Assembly (NCBI GenBank): GCA_965140785.1
Contig: OZ223519.1
Location: 335,356 to 399,355 of the forward strand
Direction of reading: 5' to 3'
DNA length: 64,000 nucleotides
Source of the DNA: an uncultured Ruficoccus sp.
GTDB lineage: Bacteria; Verrucomicrobiota; Verrucomicrobiia; Opitutales; Cerasicoccaceae
In this document: positions 1 through 9,595 of the stretch, in pieces
Numbering within the stretch: the stretch's first letter is position 1
How the letters are laid out: each line of letters opens with the position of its first letter
Translations under genes and position numbers: made by a program
Notes under the pieces: generated by a model
The model's input: the letters and a program-made list of their open reading frames with translations, nothing else
Told to the model about the DNA's origin: nothing
Database searches by the model: none

Positions 1-1163
1 ACCGCCCCGTCTGCATCATGATGACCGCCTACGGTAATGTGCAGACTGCGGTCGAGGCGATGAAGCACGGCGCTTTCGACTTTCTGACCAAGCCGCTCAA
101 CCTCGAAAAGCTAGAGATTATCATCAAGCGGGCCATCCAGTCCCGCCACCTCGAAACCGAGAACAAGCAGCTCCACCAGCGCCTGGACCGCAAATTCAGC
201 TTCGAGGGGATCGTGGGCAACTCCGCTGCGCTCAACCACGTGCTGGAACAGGTGCGCCAAGTGGCCCCCTCGCGGGCCACGGTCATGCTCTACGGCGACA
301 CCGGCACGGGCAAGGAACTGGTCGCCCAGATGCTCCACCAAAATAGCGACCGCGCGCGGGCGGCATTCGTCCCTGTGCACTGCGCGGCCATCCCGGCCAA
401 CCTGCTTGAGAGCGAGCTGTTCGGGCACGAAAAGGGAGCCTTCACCGGCGCGGCCGAGCGGCGCATCGGGCGCTTCGAGGCCGCCGACGGGGGGACGCTC
501 TTTCTGGACGAGATCGGCGAGATCGACGCCCCGACCCAGGTCAAGCTCTTGCGCTTTCTGGAGACGCGTTCCTTTGAGCGCTTGGGGAGCCACAAACCGA
601 TCCAGGTCGATGTGCGCCTGGTCTGCGCCACCAACCGCGACCTCAAGGACCTCGTGGACAAGGGCGAGTTCCGCGAAGACCTTTACTACCGGCTCAACGT
701 CGTGCCGATCCGCCTGCCGGCCCTGCGGGAGCGCCCGGATGACACCCCGCTTCTGCTCAACCATTTCCTCCAGCAGTTCGCGGAGGAGAACGGCACCCCG
801 CCGGTCAGCCTGACCCCGGAGGCGCTCACCGTCCTCCAGCGCTATGGCTGGCCGGGCAATATCCGCGAACTGCGCAACTTCTGTGAAAACACCGTGGTGA
901 TGAAGCGGGGTGGGGAAGTGACCGAGTACGATCTCGACGCGCGATTCTTCGAGCCGGGTAAACCGTCCTCCTCGTCGGCGAGCCGGAGCGAGCCCGCCCT
1001 GGCCAACCCGCTCTCCAAGGAGGAAAACGAAAAGCGCCTGCTGCGTAACGCCTTGATCGAGGCCAAAGGCAACCGGACCCGCGCCGCCGAACTGATGGGA
1101 ATCAGCCGTCGCACCCTCCATCGCAAACTTGCGCAATGGCCGGAACTGGATGTGCATAACTGA
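1..1163 (+). CDS. sigma-54-dependent response regulator (NtrC/AtoC family), 5'-partial
   Basis: Receiver tail, Walker A GDTGTGKE, GAFTGA motif, WPGNIREL, C-terminal Fis HTH. Confidence 0.95.
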   Translation, partial: RPVCIMMTAYGNVQTAVEAMKHGAFDFLTKPLNLEKLEIIIKRAIQSRHLETENKQLHQRLDRKFSFEGIVGNSAALNHVLEQVRQVAPSRATVMLYGDTGTGKELVAQMLHQNSDRARAAFVPVHCAAIPANLLESELFGHEKGAFTGAAERRIGRFEAADGGTLFLDEIGEIDAPTQVKLLRFLETRSFERLGSHKPIQVDVRLVCATNRDLKDLVDKGEFREDLYYRLNVVPIRLPALRERPDDTPLLLNHFLQQFAEENGTPPVSLTPEALTVLQRYGWPGNIRELRNFCENTVVMKRGGEVTEYDLDARFFEPGKPSSSSASRSEPALANPLSKEENEKRLLRNALIEAKGNRTRAAELMGISRRTLHRKLAQWPELDVHN

Positions 1164-1251
1164 TGTCGCTAGGCAGTACCTTCGAACCTCAAAACTCTGT
1201 AAAAAGATTGAAGATGGTAAAATTGAGACTCTATACTCCGCGCCAACTCTC

Positions 1252-2127
1252 ATGAAATCTACTTTACTCTCACTGTTCGCTACCTCGGTGCTGACACTCG
1301 GTCTGCACGCTGACAAAATTGAAGTCGTCGGCTCGGACCTGCTGCAGGACGCGGTAGTCGAGCCCTTGGAGGCTTTTGCCGACAGGAAGCACCTGGATAT
1401 CGGGATCGACCTGTACGGGAGCATTCCGGCTATGTCCCAGCTCCGTAATAACGAGGCGCAGTTGGCCTTTATCGCCAGGCCGGACGAGGGGAAGTTTCAG
1501 ATCGACGGCTTGAAGATCATTCCCTTCGCCTACCAGGTGGCGGTTATCGCCGTAAACAGCGACAACCCGCTTACGGAGCTCAATCTCAAGCAGTTGGCCG
1601 GTATTTTCGGCACATCCTCAGAGGAGTATTACGGTCGTTGGGGCGAGCTCGGCCTGAGCGGCAACATGGCCACGCGCTCCATCCAGCCCATCGTGGTGGA
1701 AACGCCCAATTCCGTTGTGCGGGAGTTATTCAAGTATAAGGCGCTCCAGCGCGCCCCCTTTAAGTCAAACACGCTGACAGTGGAAAACTTTGAAGAAAGC
1801 CCGGAGCTGCTGGTTAGCGACAGCGGAGCGATCGGGATCTTCCCTTATGTCCCACGGCAGAACAACCTGCGGGTGATCTCGATTTCCGGCAGCGAGCCGG
1901 GCTCGTTCGCCTATGGTCCCAGCCGTGAGAATGTCTATCTTGGCTCTTATCCGCTGCGTCTGCCCTTTTATCTGGTTTATAAACCATCGAATAAGGAAAA
2001 AGTTCGCGAAATTCTTCGCTTTATGCTGAGTGAGGACATGTCTAAGTCATTGGAAGAGAATGGTTTTATGCCTCTTCCAGAAAATGTTCGAAAACGTACC
2101 GTTCTGGAACTTGACATTGGCTCCTGA
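1252..2127 (+). CDS. PstS-like periplasmic substrate-binding protein
   Basis: Signal peptide MKSTLLSLF..LHA, VVGSD, VNSDNPLTEL, YPLRLPFYLV resemble the PstS/PBP_like_2 fold. Confidence 0.75.
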   Translation: MKSTLLSLFATSVLTLGLHADKIEVVGSDLLQDAVVEPLEAFADRKHLDIGIDLYGSIPAMSQLRNNEAQLAFIARPDEGKFQIDGLKIIPFAYQVAVIAVNSDNPLTELNLKQLAGIFGTSSEEYYGRWGELGLSGNMATRSIQPIVVETPNSVVRELFKYKALQRAPFKSNTLTVENFEESPELLVSDSGAIGIFPYVPRQNNLRVISISGSEPGSFAYGPSRENVYLGSYPLRLPFYLVYKPSNKEKVREILRFMLSEDMSKSLEENGFMPLPENVRKRTVLELDIGS

Positions 2128-2139
2128 AGTCACCACATT
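2111..2139 (+). promoter_or_regulatory. putative sigma-70 promoter of tRNA-Gly
   Basis: TTGACA-17 nt-CACATT, 18 nt upstream of the tRNA and overlapping the end of the upstream CDS. Confidence 0.55.
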
Positions 2140-2157
2140 ACCCAACTTTCAGATTAA

Positions 2158-2233
<76 letters not shown>

Positions 2234-2239
2234 CTTTTT

Positions 2240-2275
2240 AAGCCTCCGGAAACATAGTTTTCGGGGGCTTTTTTT
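2240..2275 (+). terminator. rho-independent terminator after tRNA
   Basis: AAGCCTCCGGAAAC..GTTTTCGGGGGCTT followed by a T-run. Confidence 0.8.
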
Positions 2276-2285
2276 GTGCCGAGGT

Positions 2286-2426
2286 GAAGAGGTGAGAACT
2301 CGAGCAGAGAGTTTGACGGAGCCCGCCGGTGGCGGGCGGAGATGGCCCCCGTCGGCCGATCAGGCCGATGGGCCGCGCAGCGGTGAGGCCGCGCCTCAGA
2401 CAACCTCTTCGCTCGCTCCACTTTTT
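2286..2426 (+). repeat. tRNA-linked palindromic element ending in a duplicate of the tRNA 3' end
   Basis: 2402-2426 is identical to 2215-2239 (25 bp); 2286-2301 is a near-inverted copy of the T-arm; internal hairpins. Confidence 0.85.
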
Positions 2427-2540
2427 TGTGCCTGTCGGACTGGGAGCTGCTGGCAATTGAAGGGCTGGGTGAGAGACGAGTTTGTGGTGGGTGCGACTTC
2501 TGAGTTGATGGGGGCGTGAGTGAGCGTCACACTGTGTTGA

Positions 2541-4913
2541 TTGGATCAGGGAAGTATCATTCAAGATCTGACGCTGGTTGTCCTGTGTGCGGCGGTCGTC
2601 ACGGTTATTTTTTATAAACTGAGGTTGCCGGTGATCCTCGGCTATCTGCTGGCGGGCGTATTCATCGGCCCGTACATGCCGCACTTGCCTTCCCTCAAGG
2701 ATGCTGGATCGATCCAGCAATTGAGCGAGCTGGGGGTCATCTTCCTGATGTTCTTCATCGGGCTGGAGTTCGACATCGGGCGGCTGAAGAAGGTCTTCTG
2801 GCCCGCCTTTATCGCGGCGGTATTGCAATCGGTGATCGTGTTTTTCATCGGGGTGATGTGCGCGCCGCTGGTCGGGTATTCACCGCTGGAGGGGATTTTT
2901 CTGGGCGGGGTATTGACCAACTCGGCCTCGCTGCTGTGTATCAAGATTCTCAAGGACAAGGGCCGGCTCAAGCATGCCGACGCGCACATGGCGATCGGTA
3001 TCCTGCTCTTCGAAGACATGGTGGCGATCATGCTGCTGGTTGTCCTGAGCGGGGTCAGCGTGTCGCACCATTTTCAGGTGGACGCGGTGTACGAGATCAC
3101 GTTCCTGCTCGGGGTATTTGTCGTCGGGGTGTATTTTCTCGGTCGGGTACTGGCTCCGTGGCTGAGCCGCCTGATGAAAAAGGTCAACTCCGGCGAGATC
3201 ATCACGCTGCTGACGGTGGCGCTGGTGCTGGGGGTGGGCCAACTGGCGCAGATGTCGAGTTTTTCGATTTCGCTGGGAGCGTTTCTGGCCGGTGCGATCA
3301 TGGCGCAGACCCAGATGGTGGGGGAGATTCAGCGCATCACCGAGCCTTTCCGTAATCTTTTCAGCGCGGTCTTTTTCGTCACCATCGGGATGCTGATCGA
3401 TCCGGGCTGGCTGCTGTCGAACTGGCTGGCGGTCGGCTTCGTCGCCGCGCTGGTCATCGTGGGAAAAATCGTCACCTGCTGGCTGGGGCTGTTCGTGGGC
3501 GGTCAGAGCGCCGAGACCGGTTTCCGCGCCTCGCTCTCGAAGGCCAGCGTGGGCGAATTCGGCTTCATCATCGCGGCCATGGGGCAGGCCTCCGGGGCGA
3601 CCGGGCAGAACCTGACCAGCATGACGGTCGGACTGGCGCTGGTCACGTACATGATCATGCCGGTCCTCAACGCCGACCCGGGCCGGGCCTTCGGCTGGCT
3701 GGCGGAGAAGACGCCCGACCAGGTCAAGGTGGCCGGACGCATTTACGAAAAGATGCTCGACGCGATCGGCCGGCGGGTGGGGCGGATCACGTTTTTCCGG
3801 CTGGCGCGCCGCCCGCTGATCCAGATTTTAATCAATTTCCTCCTGCTCAACGGCATCCTGATCATCGCCTACATCGGCGCCCGCTACTGCGCCCGTCTGC
3901 CAGAGGTGAGCGGCTACACCCGTTGGGTTCACGCCGGGGTCTGGCTGCTGGCCGCGGGGTTGTGCCTACCGTTCATTTCCTCGGTTATCCGCAATCTGGA
4001 CGTCCTCATCCACCTGGTGACCTCGACCGTCTTCCACAGCAGCCGCAACCCGCAACTGCTCAGTGGCCGGATGGCCAACCTCGTGCACACCATCATGCTC
4101 TCGCTGGTCATTGTAATCTTTGGCGGGATCTACCTCTCGGCGGCCTCGCCGTTTTTCCCCTCCGGGGTGACGCTGGCGCTGTTCATCGTGGCCGGCTGCG
4201 TGGCGCTGGTGATTTTCTGGAAGTCGATCATCAACATCAACAGCCGGATGGAGTACCTCTTCCTGCAAAGCTTCCAGGAGCAGACGGTGGAGAACGAGGA
4301 GCAGCTCCGCCAGGCCACACTGCGGGAGCTCTCGCACGTGCACCGCTGGCAGATCGAGGTGGAAACCGTCACCATCGCCGATGACTCCATCGCCTGCGGC
4401 ATGCTGCTGCGCGAGATGCACCTGCGCAAGAAAACCGGAGCCTCCATCGTCGCCATCAGCCGCGGCGGCACCACCCACTACGACCCTTCGCCGGAGGTAC
4501 CGGTCTTCGCTGGGGACAACCTCGTGCTGATCGGCTCCGAGGAACAGCTCGCCAACGCCCGCCGCACCCTCGCCAGCAAGTCCCCGGGGAAGCGCCCCGA
4601 GGAGAAACCCTTCCGTATCGAGCGGGTTTTTGTGCGGGCGGATTCCTTCATCGTCGGCCAGACCCTGGCCGGGGGCGAAGTCCGCAACCGCTACCGCGTC
4701 AGTGTCCTGGGCATTCAGCGCGGCAAAAAGCGCATCGCCCCACCGCCGCCGGACGAGATCATCCACGTGGGCGACATCCTGCTCGTGGTGGGCAACGAGG
4801 AAGCGATCCACGCCTTCAAGACGGCCATCGAAGCCGACACCGAGCCGCTGCCCGATGAGCCGCCCCCCGACGAGTCCGACGAAACTGCCATCCCGGACAA
4901 GGCCGAAGGCTGA
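2541..4913 (+). CDS. CPA2 cation:proton antiporter with two C-terminal TrkA-C (RCK-C) domains
   Basis: LPVILGYLLAG, ELGVIFLMFFIGLEF, FED, GEFGFII motifs; two RCK-C repeats. Confidence 0.9.
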   Translation: MDQGSIIQDLTLVVLCAAVVTVIFYKLRLPVILGYLLAGVFIGPYMPHLPSLKDAGSIQQLSELGVIFLMFFIGLEFDIGRLKKVFWPAFIAAVLQSVIVFFIGVMCAPLVGYSPLEGIFLGGVLTNSASLLCIKILKDKGRLKHADAHMAIGILLFEDMVAIMLLVVLSGVSVSHHFQVDAVYEITFLLGVFVVGVYFLGRVLAPWLSRLMKKVNSGEIITLLTVALVLGVGQLAQMSSFSISLGAFLAGAIMAQTQMVGEIQRITEPFRNLFSAVFFVTIGMLIDPGWLLSNWLAVGFVAALVIVGKIVTCWLGLFVGGQSAETGFRASLSKASVGEFGFIIAAMGQASGATGQNLTSMTVGLALVTYMIMPVLNADPGRAFGWLAEKTPDQVKVAGRIYEKMLDAIGRRVGRITFFRLARRPLIQILINFLLLNGILIIAYIGARYCARLPEVSGYTRWVHAGVWLLAAGLCLPFISSVIRNLDVLIHLVTSTVFHSSRNPQLLSGRMANLVHTIMLSLVIVIFGGIYLSAASPFFPSGVTLALFIVAGCVALVIFWKSIININSRMEYLFLQSFQEQTVENEEQLRQATLRELSHVHRWQIEVETVTIADDSIACGMLLREMHLRKKTGASIVAISRGGTTHYDPSPEVPVFAGDNLVLIGSEEQLANARRTLASKSPGKRPEEKPFRIERVFVRADSFIVGQTLAGGEVRNRYRVSVLGIQRGKKRIAPPPPDEIIHVGDILLVVGNEEAIHAFKTAIEADTEPLPDEPPPDESDETAIPDKAEG

Positions 4914-4927
4914 AGAGGGCTTCTCTT

Positions 4928-4983
4928 TTCAACCACGGATAACACAGATAAAGGCATTCCTATCCGTGCCATCCGTGGTTGAA
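4928..4983. repeat. REP-like palindrome
   Basis: Perfect 13-bp inverted repeat TTCAACCACGGAT/ATCCGTGGTTGAA with an inner CACAGATA/TATCCGTG pair. Confidence 0.8.
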
Positions 4984-5058
4984 GCATTTTGTTCAGCCCG
5001 ACTGGAGCAGCTCCATTAGCTTGTTGAATTCTGTGTTCCTCTTATATTTGCAAAAATA

Positions 5059-5091
5059 ATTGTCAAGCGAGCGGCTTTTAGGCTTAACAAT
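5059..5091. promoter_or_regulatory. putative BirA operator
   Basis: ATTGTCAAG-N15-CTTAACAAT directly upstream of bioA; resembles wwTGTtAAC-N14-16-GTTaACAww. Confidence 0.65.
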
Positions 5092-5122
5092 CGATTTTGA
5101 GCCTGTCACATTAGCCGCCTTT

Positions 5123-6493
5123 ATGACGCCCGTTTTCGAGAGCCAGACTGAAGCCGTGGACCGCCAGGACACCGCCCACGCCTGGCACCCGTTTACGCAG
5201 ATGAGCGAGCATCTGGCTCATCCGCGGCTCTACATTGAGCGGGGCGAGGGCTGCTGGCTCTACGACACGGACGGCAACCGCTACCTCGACAGCAACGCCT
5301 CCATCTGGACCAACGTCCACGGCCACAACGACCCGGACATCAACGCCGCGCTCATCGGCCAGATCAACAAGATCGCTCACAGCACCACGCTCGGGCTCGC
5401 CCATCCGACCGGGGCGGCGCTCAGCGCGAAGCTGGCCGAAATCTGCCCGGAGCCGCTCACGCGCGTCTTCTACAGCGATAACGGCTCCAACGCGGTCGAG
5501 ATCGCCCTCAAACTTTCCTTCCAGTACTGGCAGCTGACCGGCCAGCCGGAAAAGACCGGCATCATCGCGCTCTCCGGGGCCTACCACGGCGACACCTTCG
5601 GCACCATGTCGGTGGGGGACAGCGGGGGCTTCCACGACCGCTTCAAGCCCTGGTGCTTCCCGGTTGAGCGCGTGCCCGCGCCCACCTGCGACGAGGCCGG
5701 AGGAATCGTCCGTGCCGAGGACATGAGCACTAGCCTGAGCCGCCTGGACGAGATTTTACGCGAAAAAGCCACCACCACCGCCTGCCTGATCCTGGAACCC
5801 TGGGTCCAGGGGGCCGCCGGCATGCGCCTGCACCCGAAAAGCTTCCTGCGGGAGGTGGCCGAGCGTTGCCGCCGGGCCAATGTCCACCTGATCGTGGACG
5901 AGGTCTTCGTCGGCTTCGGGCGGGTGGGGCCGCTGCTGGTCAGCACCGACATGGGCATCGAGCCGGACTTCCTCTGCCTGGCCAAGGGCCTCACCGCCGG
6001 GTATCTGCCGCTCGCCGCCACCGTGACGAGCGACGCCGTCTTCGAGGCCTTCCTCGGACGCTACGAGGAGTACAAAGCCTTTTACCACGGCCACACCTTT
6101 ACCGGAAACCCGCTCGGGGCCGCCGTCGCCCTCAAGAGCATTGAGAAGCTCGAGGCCCGCCTGGCCGATGGCAGCCACGCCGAGACGCTGGCCGCCTTTG
6201 AGAGCGCCATCCTCCACTACGGGCTCGGCTCGGGGCTGTTCCCGGTCGTGCGCCAGCGTGGGCTGGTAGCGGCGCTTGAGCTGCCGAAGCGGCCCATCAC
6301 CGAGCGCACCGGCCTGAAGGTCGCGCTCGAGGCGCGCAAGCTCGGGCTCATCACCCGCGCCCTCGGGGACACGCTGCTGGTGGTGCCGCCGCTGGTGATT
6401 TCGGCGCAGGAGATCGACTTTTTATTTCAACAACTGACCCGCGCGACGCAGATCGTGCTCAACGCCTCGGCCACCGCCTCAGAGGCTCAATGA
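5123..6493 (+). CDS. bioA: adenosylmethionine-8-amino-7-oxononanoate aminotransferase
   Basis: WHPFTQM, YHGDT, DEVFVGFGR, AKGLT, HGHTFTGNP; bio operon context. Confidence 0.95.
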   Translation: MTPVFESQTEAVDRQDTAHAWHPFTQMSEHLAHPRLYIERGEGCWLYDTDGNRYLDSNASIWTNVHGHNDPDINAALIGQINKIAHSTTLGLAHPTGAALSAKLAEICPEPLTRVFYSDNGSNAVEIALKLSFQYWQLTGQPEKTGIIALSGAYHGDTFGTMSVGDSGGFHDRFKPWCFPVERVPAPTCDEAGGIVRAEDMSTSLSRLDEILREKATTTACLILEPWVQGAAGMRLHPKSFLREVAERCRRANVHLIVDEVFVGFGRVGPLLVSTDMGIEPDFLCLAKGLTAGYLPLAATVTSDAVFEAFLGRYEEYKAFYHGHTFTGNPLGAAVALKSIEKLEARLADGSHAETLAAFESAILHYGLGSGLFPVVRQRGLVAALELPKRPITERTGLKVALEARKLGLITRALGDTLLVVPPLVISAQEIDFLFQQLTRATQIVLNASATASEAQ

Positions 6494-7548
6494 CTGAGAA
6501 CATGACCACACTCGAAGAACTCAAGGACATCTACAACCTGCCGTTGACGACGCTGATCCTGCGGGCTCAGGAAGTCCACCACCGCCACCAGGACCCCGCC
6601 GGGGTCCAACTGTGCACCCTTAAGTCCATCAAGACCGGCAAGTGCTCCGAGGACTGCAAATACTGCCCGCAGTCCGCGCACAACGACACCGGCCTGGAGC
6701 CCGAGAAGCTGCTCGACACCGAGCGGGTGCTCATCGACGCCCGCCGTGCCAAGGCCGACGGGGCCACACGCTTCTGCATGGGCGCGGCCTGGCGCAAGGT
6801 TTACACCAACAGCCAGTTTCAGAACATTCTGGAGACCGTTTCCGGGGTCAAGGCGCTCGACCTGGAGGTCTGCTGCACGCTCGGCATGCTTGATGTCAAC
6901 CAGGCCCGCCAGCTCAAGGAAGCCGGCTGCGACGTCTATAATCACAACATCGACAGCTCCCGCGAATTTTACAGCAAGATCATCACGACCCGGACCTTTG
7001 ACGACCGCCTGGACACGATCAAGAACGTGCGCGAGGCCGGGATGGAAGTCTGCTGCGGTGGCATTCTCGGCATGGGCGAAACTGTCGAAGACCGCTTAAA
7101 GATGCTCCTCGAACTCGCCAACATGGACCCGCCGCCGGACTCCGTGCCGATCAACGCCCTGGTCGCCGTCAAGGGCACGCCGCTGGAGGACCAGCCCTTT
7201 GTGGACAGCATTGAGTTCGTCCGCACCATCGCCACCGCCCGCATTGCCATGCCGTACTCCATCGTGCGCCTGTCGGCGGGCCGCAGCCAGATGTCCGACG
7301 AGATGCACGCCCTGTGCTACCTCGCCGGGGCCAACAGCATCTTCCTCGGTGATCGCCTCCTGACCACCGACAACCCCCGCCAGGACAAGGACCGCCAACT
7401 GCTGACCAAGCTCGGCCTGCACGACATGCACCCGGACGCCGCCCGCGAGATCCACGCCCGCTCCAAGGCCGAGGCCGAGAGCGAAAGCTGCGGCTGCGGC
7501 ACCCCCGCCGCCGCGTCCGAAGAGGCGGCCCAACCCGTTCTTTCGTAA
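6490..7548 (+). CDS. bioB: biotin synthase
   Basis: CSEDCKYCPQ radical SAM motif, YNHNID, VPINAL, RLSAGR. Confidence 0.97.
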   Translation: MTENMTTLEELKDIYNLPLTTLILRAQEVHHRHQDPAGVQLCTLKSIKTGKCSEDCKYCPQSAHNDTGLEPEKLLDTERVLIDARRAKADGATRFCMGAAWRKVYTNSQFQNILETVSGVKALDLEVCCTLGMLDVNQARQLKEAGCDVYNHNIDSSREFYSKIITTRTFDDRLDTIKNVREAGMEVCCGGILGMGETVEDRLKMLLELANMDPPPDSVPINALVAVKGTPLEDQPFVDSIEFVRTIATARIAMPYSIVRLSAGRSQMSDEMHALCYLAGANSIFLGDRLLTTDNPRQDKDRQLLTKLGLHDMHPDAAREIHARSKAEAESESCGCGTPAAASEEAAQPVLS

Positions 7549-7562
7549 GCGAAAGCCAAGCA

Positions 7563-8216
7563 GTGCCCGTCTTCGTCATCACCGGCAATGATACCGGCGT
7601 GGGCAAGACCCGCGTCACCGCCGCCCTGGCCCGCGAACTGAGCGGGCAGGGCGGAGCCGTGCAGGTGGTAAAACCGGTCGAGACCGGCGTGCTGCCCGGC
7701 GCGCATGGCGATGCCGAGACCGCGCTCAGCCACGCCACCGGCCAAGCTGAGGCGCACACGCTGTTCCGGTTCCGGGAGCCGATGTCGCCCCCGGACGCCG
7801 CCGCCCGCGAAGGTGTCATCCTCACGCTGGAGGCGATGCTGGCGCGTTATGCGCAGCTTCCGCCCGCCGCCTGGCGATTGATCGAAGGCGCGGGGGGAAT
7901 CGCTTCGCCGCTTGATGCCGAGGGGCGCGATGTGTGCGACCTGGCCGTGGCGGTGCGGGCGGACTTTCTCGTGCTCGTGGTTGAGGACCGGCTTGGAGCG
8001 ATCTGCCAGGCGCGGATGGCTCACGCCTACGCGGCCCGCACCGGCATCCCGGTCTGGCTCTGGCTGAACCAGATCCGCCCGCAGTCCGAGACGATCCGCC
8101 AGTCCAACCGCGCGGCAATGAGTGCCTTTAACCTGCCCCTGTGTGCGGTGCTCGCGCCCGACGCCGGGGAGCCCGAGTGGCTGGAGCGGCCATGGTTGGC
8201 GACGCAGCCCGCATGA
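7563..8216 (+). CDS. bioD: dethiobiotin synthetase
   Basis: TGNDTGVGKT, KPVETG, IEGAGG. Confidence 0.93.
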   Translation: MPVFVITGNDTGVGKTRVTAALARELSGQGGAVQVVKPVETGVLPGAHGDAETALSHATGQAEAHTLFRFREPMSPPDAAAREGVILTLEAMLARYAQLPPAAWRLIEGAGGIASPLDAEGRDVCDLAVAVRADFLVLVVEDRLGAICQARMAHAYAARTGIPVWLWLNQIRPQSETIRQSNRAAMSAFNLPLCAVLAPDAGEPEWLERPWLATQPA

Positions 8217-9595
8217 ACGCGCCCGCGACCCTTTCCGCGCGGTTGGCCCAGGCCTTGGAGGAACGCCGGGCCCAAGGGCTGGAGCGTACTCTGCGTGCAC
8301 GCGCGTCGGACGAGCCCTTTCTCGATTTAGCTAACAACGACTACCTGCGCCTCTCGCAGCACCCCGCGGTCAAGGCCGCCGCCGTTGCCGCGACTGAACG
8401 GTGGGGGTGCTCATCCTCGGGCTCGCCGCTGATCACCGGCTACACCGCCGAGCACGATGCGCTGCTGGACACGCTCAAGCAGTGGTGCGGCTTCCCCTGC
8501 GGGCTGATCTGGAACACCGGCTTCGCCGCCAACGCCGCCATCCTCAGTGGCCTGCCCAGGCGTGGCGACCTCGTGTTGGCCGACCGGCTGATTCACAACA
8601 GCATGATCAGCGGACTACTGGCCTCGGGGGCGCGTTTGCAGCGTTACCGTCATCTGGACCTCGACCACCTGCGGGAGTTGTTGGAGAAAAACCGCGCAGG
8701 CGAGGGGGCGGTCTTTGTCGTATCGGAAACCGTTTACAGCATGGACGGGGATTACCCGGACCTCCACGCGATGGCTGCGCTGAAGGAGCGCTACGGCTTC
8801 GTCTGGATACTTGACGAGGCGCACGCGCTCGGCTGGTACGGGCGCACCGGCAGCGGCCTGATCGAGGCCGCCGGAGTGACCGGCGCGGTCGATGTCATGG
8901 TCGGCACCCTGGGCAAGGGCCTGGGCTCGATGGGGGCCTTTACGCTTTTTCAGGACGAGGTGCTGCGCCGGTATTTGATCAACCACGCGGGCGAATTCAT
9001 CTACTCGACCTACCTGCCGCCAGCCTGCGCCGCCGCCGCCCGGCAGGCAGTGGAACTCCTTCGCGAAAACCCCGGCCAATGTGACCGCCTGCACGCCCTG
9101 TCCCGCGTCTTTCGGCAAATGCTTCCCGGCGTGCCCGGCAGCGACGCGCCGGACCCCGAACGCAAGGATACCGACGACCTGGCCGCGGGAATCGCTGCCG
9201 CCAGCTGCCCGGTGATCTCCACCGCGGATTACCCGACCGTCGCGGGGACGGATCCACATGGGTGGCCCGCTGGGGACAAGAAATCGAAGGCGGATGAAAA
9301 CGAATACTCTGACGCTGGTGTCAACCCGGAAGGCCCTGCTAACGCTGACTCCCGAGGCGTCGCTGGCGCAGACTCCCGGGTCGTCGCTGGCGCAGACTCG
9401 CCCATCGTCCCCGTGCGCGTCCCTGATCCAGTCAAGGCCGCTGCCGCCCTGCTCGAACAAGGCATCCGCGTGGGAGCGATTCGTCCACCGACCGTGCCCG
9501 CCGGCGAAGGCCGTTTGCGCATCTCCCTCAACGCCGAGCTTGGTGAGGCCGACCTCAAGCGGGTGGCTGCCGCCGTCAACGCCGTCCGCGCATGA
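8213..9595 (+). CDS. bioF: 8-amino-7-oxononanoate synthase with an internal ~90-aa insertion
   Basis: NNDYL, DRLIHNS, YSMDGD, DEAHALG, GTLGKG, IRPPTVP..RLRISL. Confidence 0.92.
   Translation: MNAPATLSARLAQALEERRAQGLERTLRARASDEPFLDLANNDYLRLSQHPAVKAAAVAATERWGCSSSGSPLITGYTAEHDALLDTLKQWCGFPCGLIWNTGFAANAAILSGLPRRGDLVLADRLIHNSMISGLLASGARLQRYRHLDLDHLRELLEKNRAGEGAVFVVSETVYSMDGDYPDLHAMAALKERYGFVWILDEAHALGWYGRTGSGLIEAAGVTGAVDVMVGTLGKGLGSMGAFTLFQDEVLRRYLINHAGEFIYSTYLPPACAAAARQAVELLRENPGQCDRLHALSRVFRQMLPGVPGSDAPDPERKDTDDLAAGIAAASCPVISTADYPTVAGTDPHGWPAGDKKSKADENEYSDAGVNPEGPANADSRGVAGADSRVVAGADSPIVPVRVPDPVKAAAALLEQGIRVGAIRPPTVPAGEGRLRISLNAELGEADLKRVAAAVNAVRA
9347..9399 (+). repeat. 24-bp tandem repeat (2.2 copies) inside bioF
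   Basis: GACTCCCGAGGCGTCGCTGGCGCA / GACTCCCGGGTCGTCGCTGGCGCA / GACTC. Confidence 0.85.

Noticed and set aside
2234..2401. Prophage or genomic island at tRNA-Gly
   Set aside because: The direct repeats are only ~160 bp apart, with no integrase or cargo
9131..9400. Intein in BioF
   Set aside because: No N-terminal Cys/Ser block or His-Asn C-terminus; the insert is low-complexity
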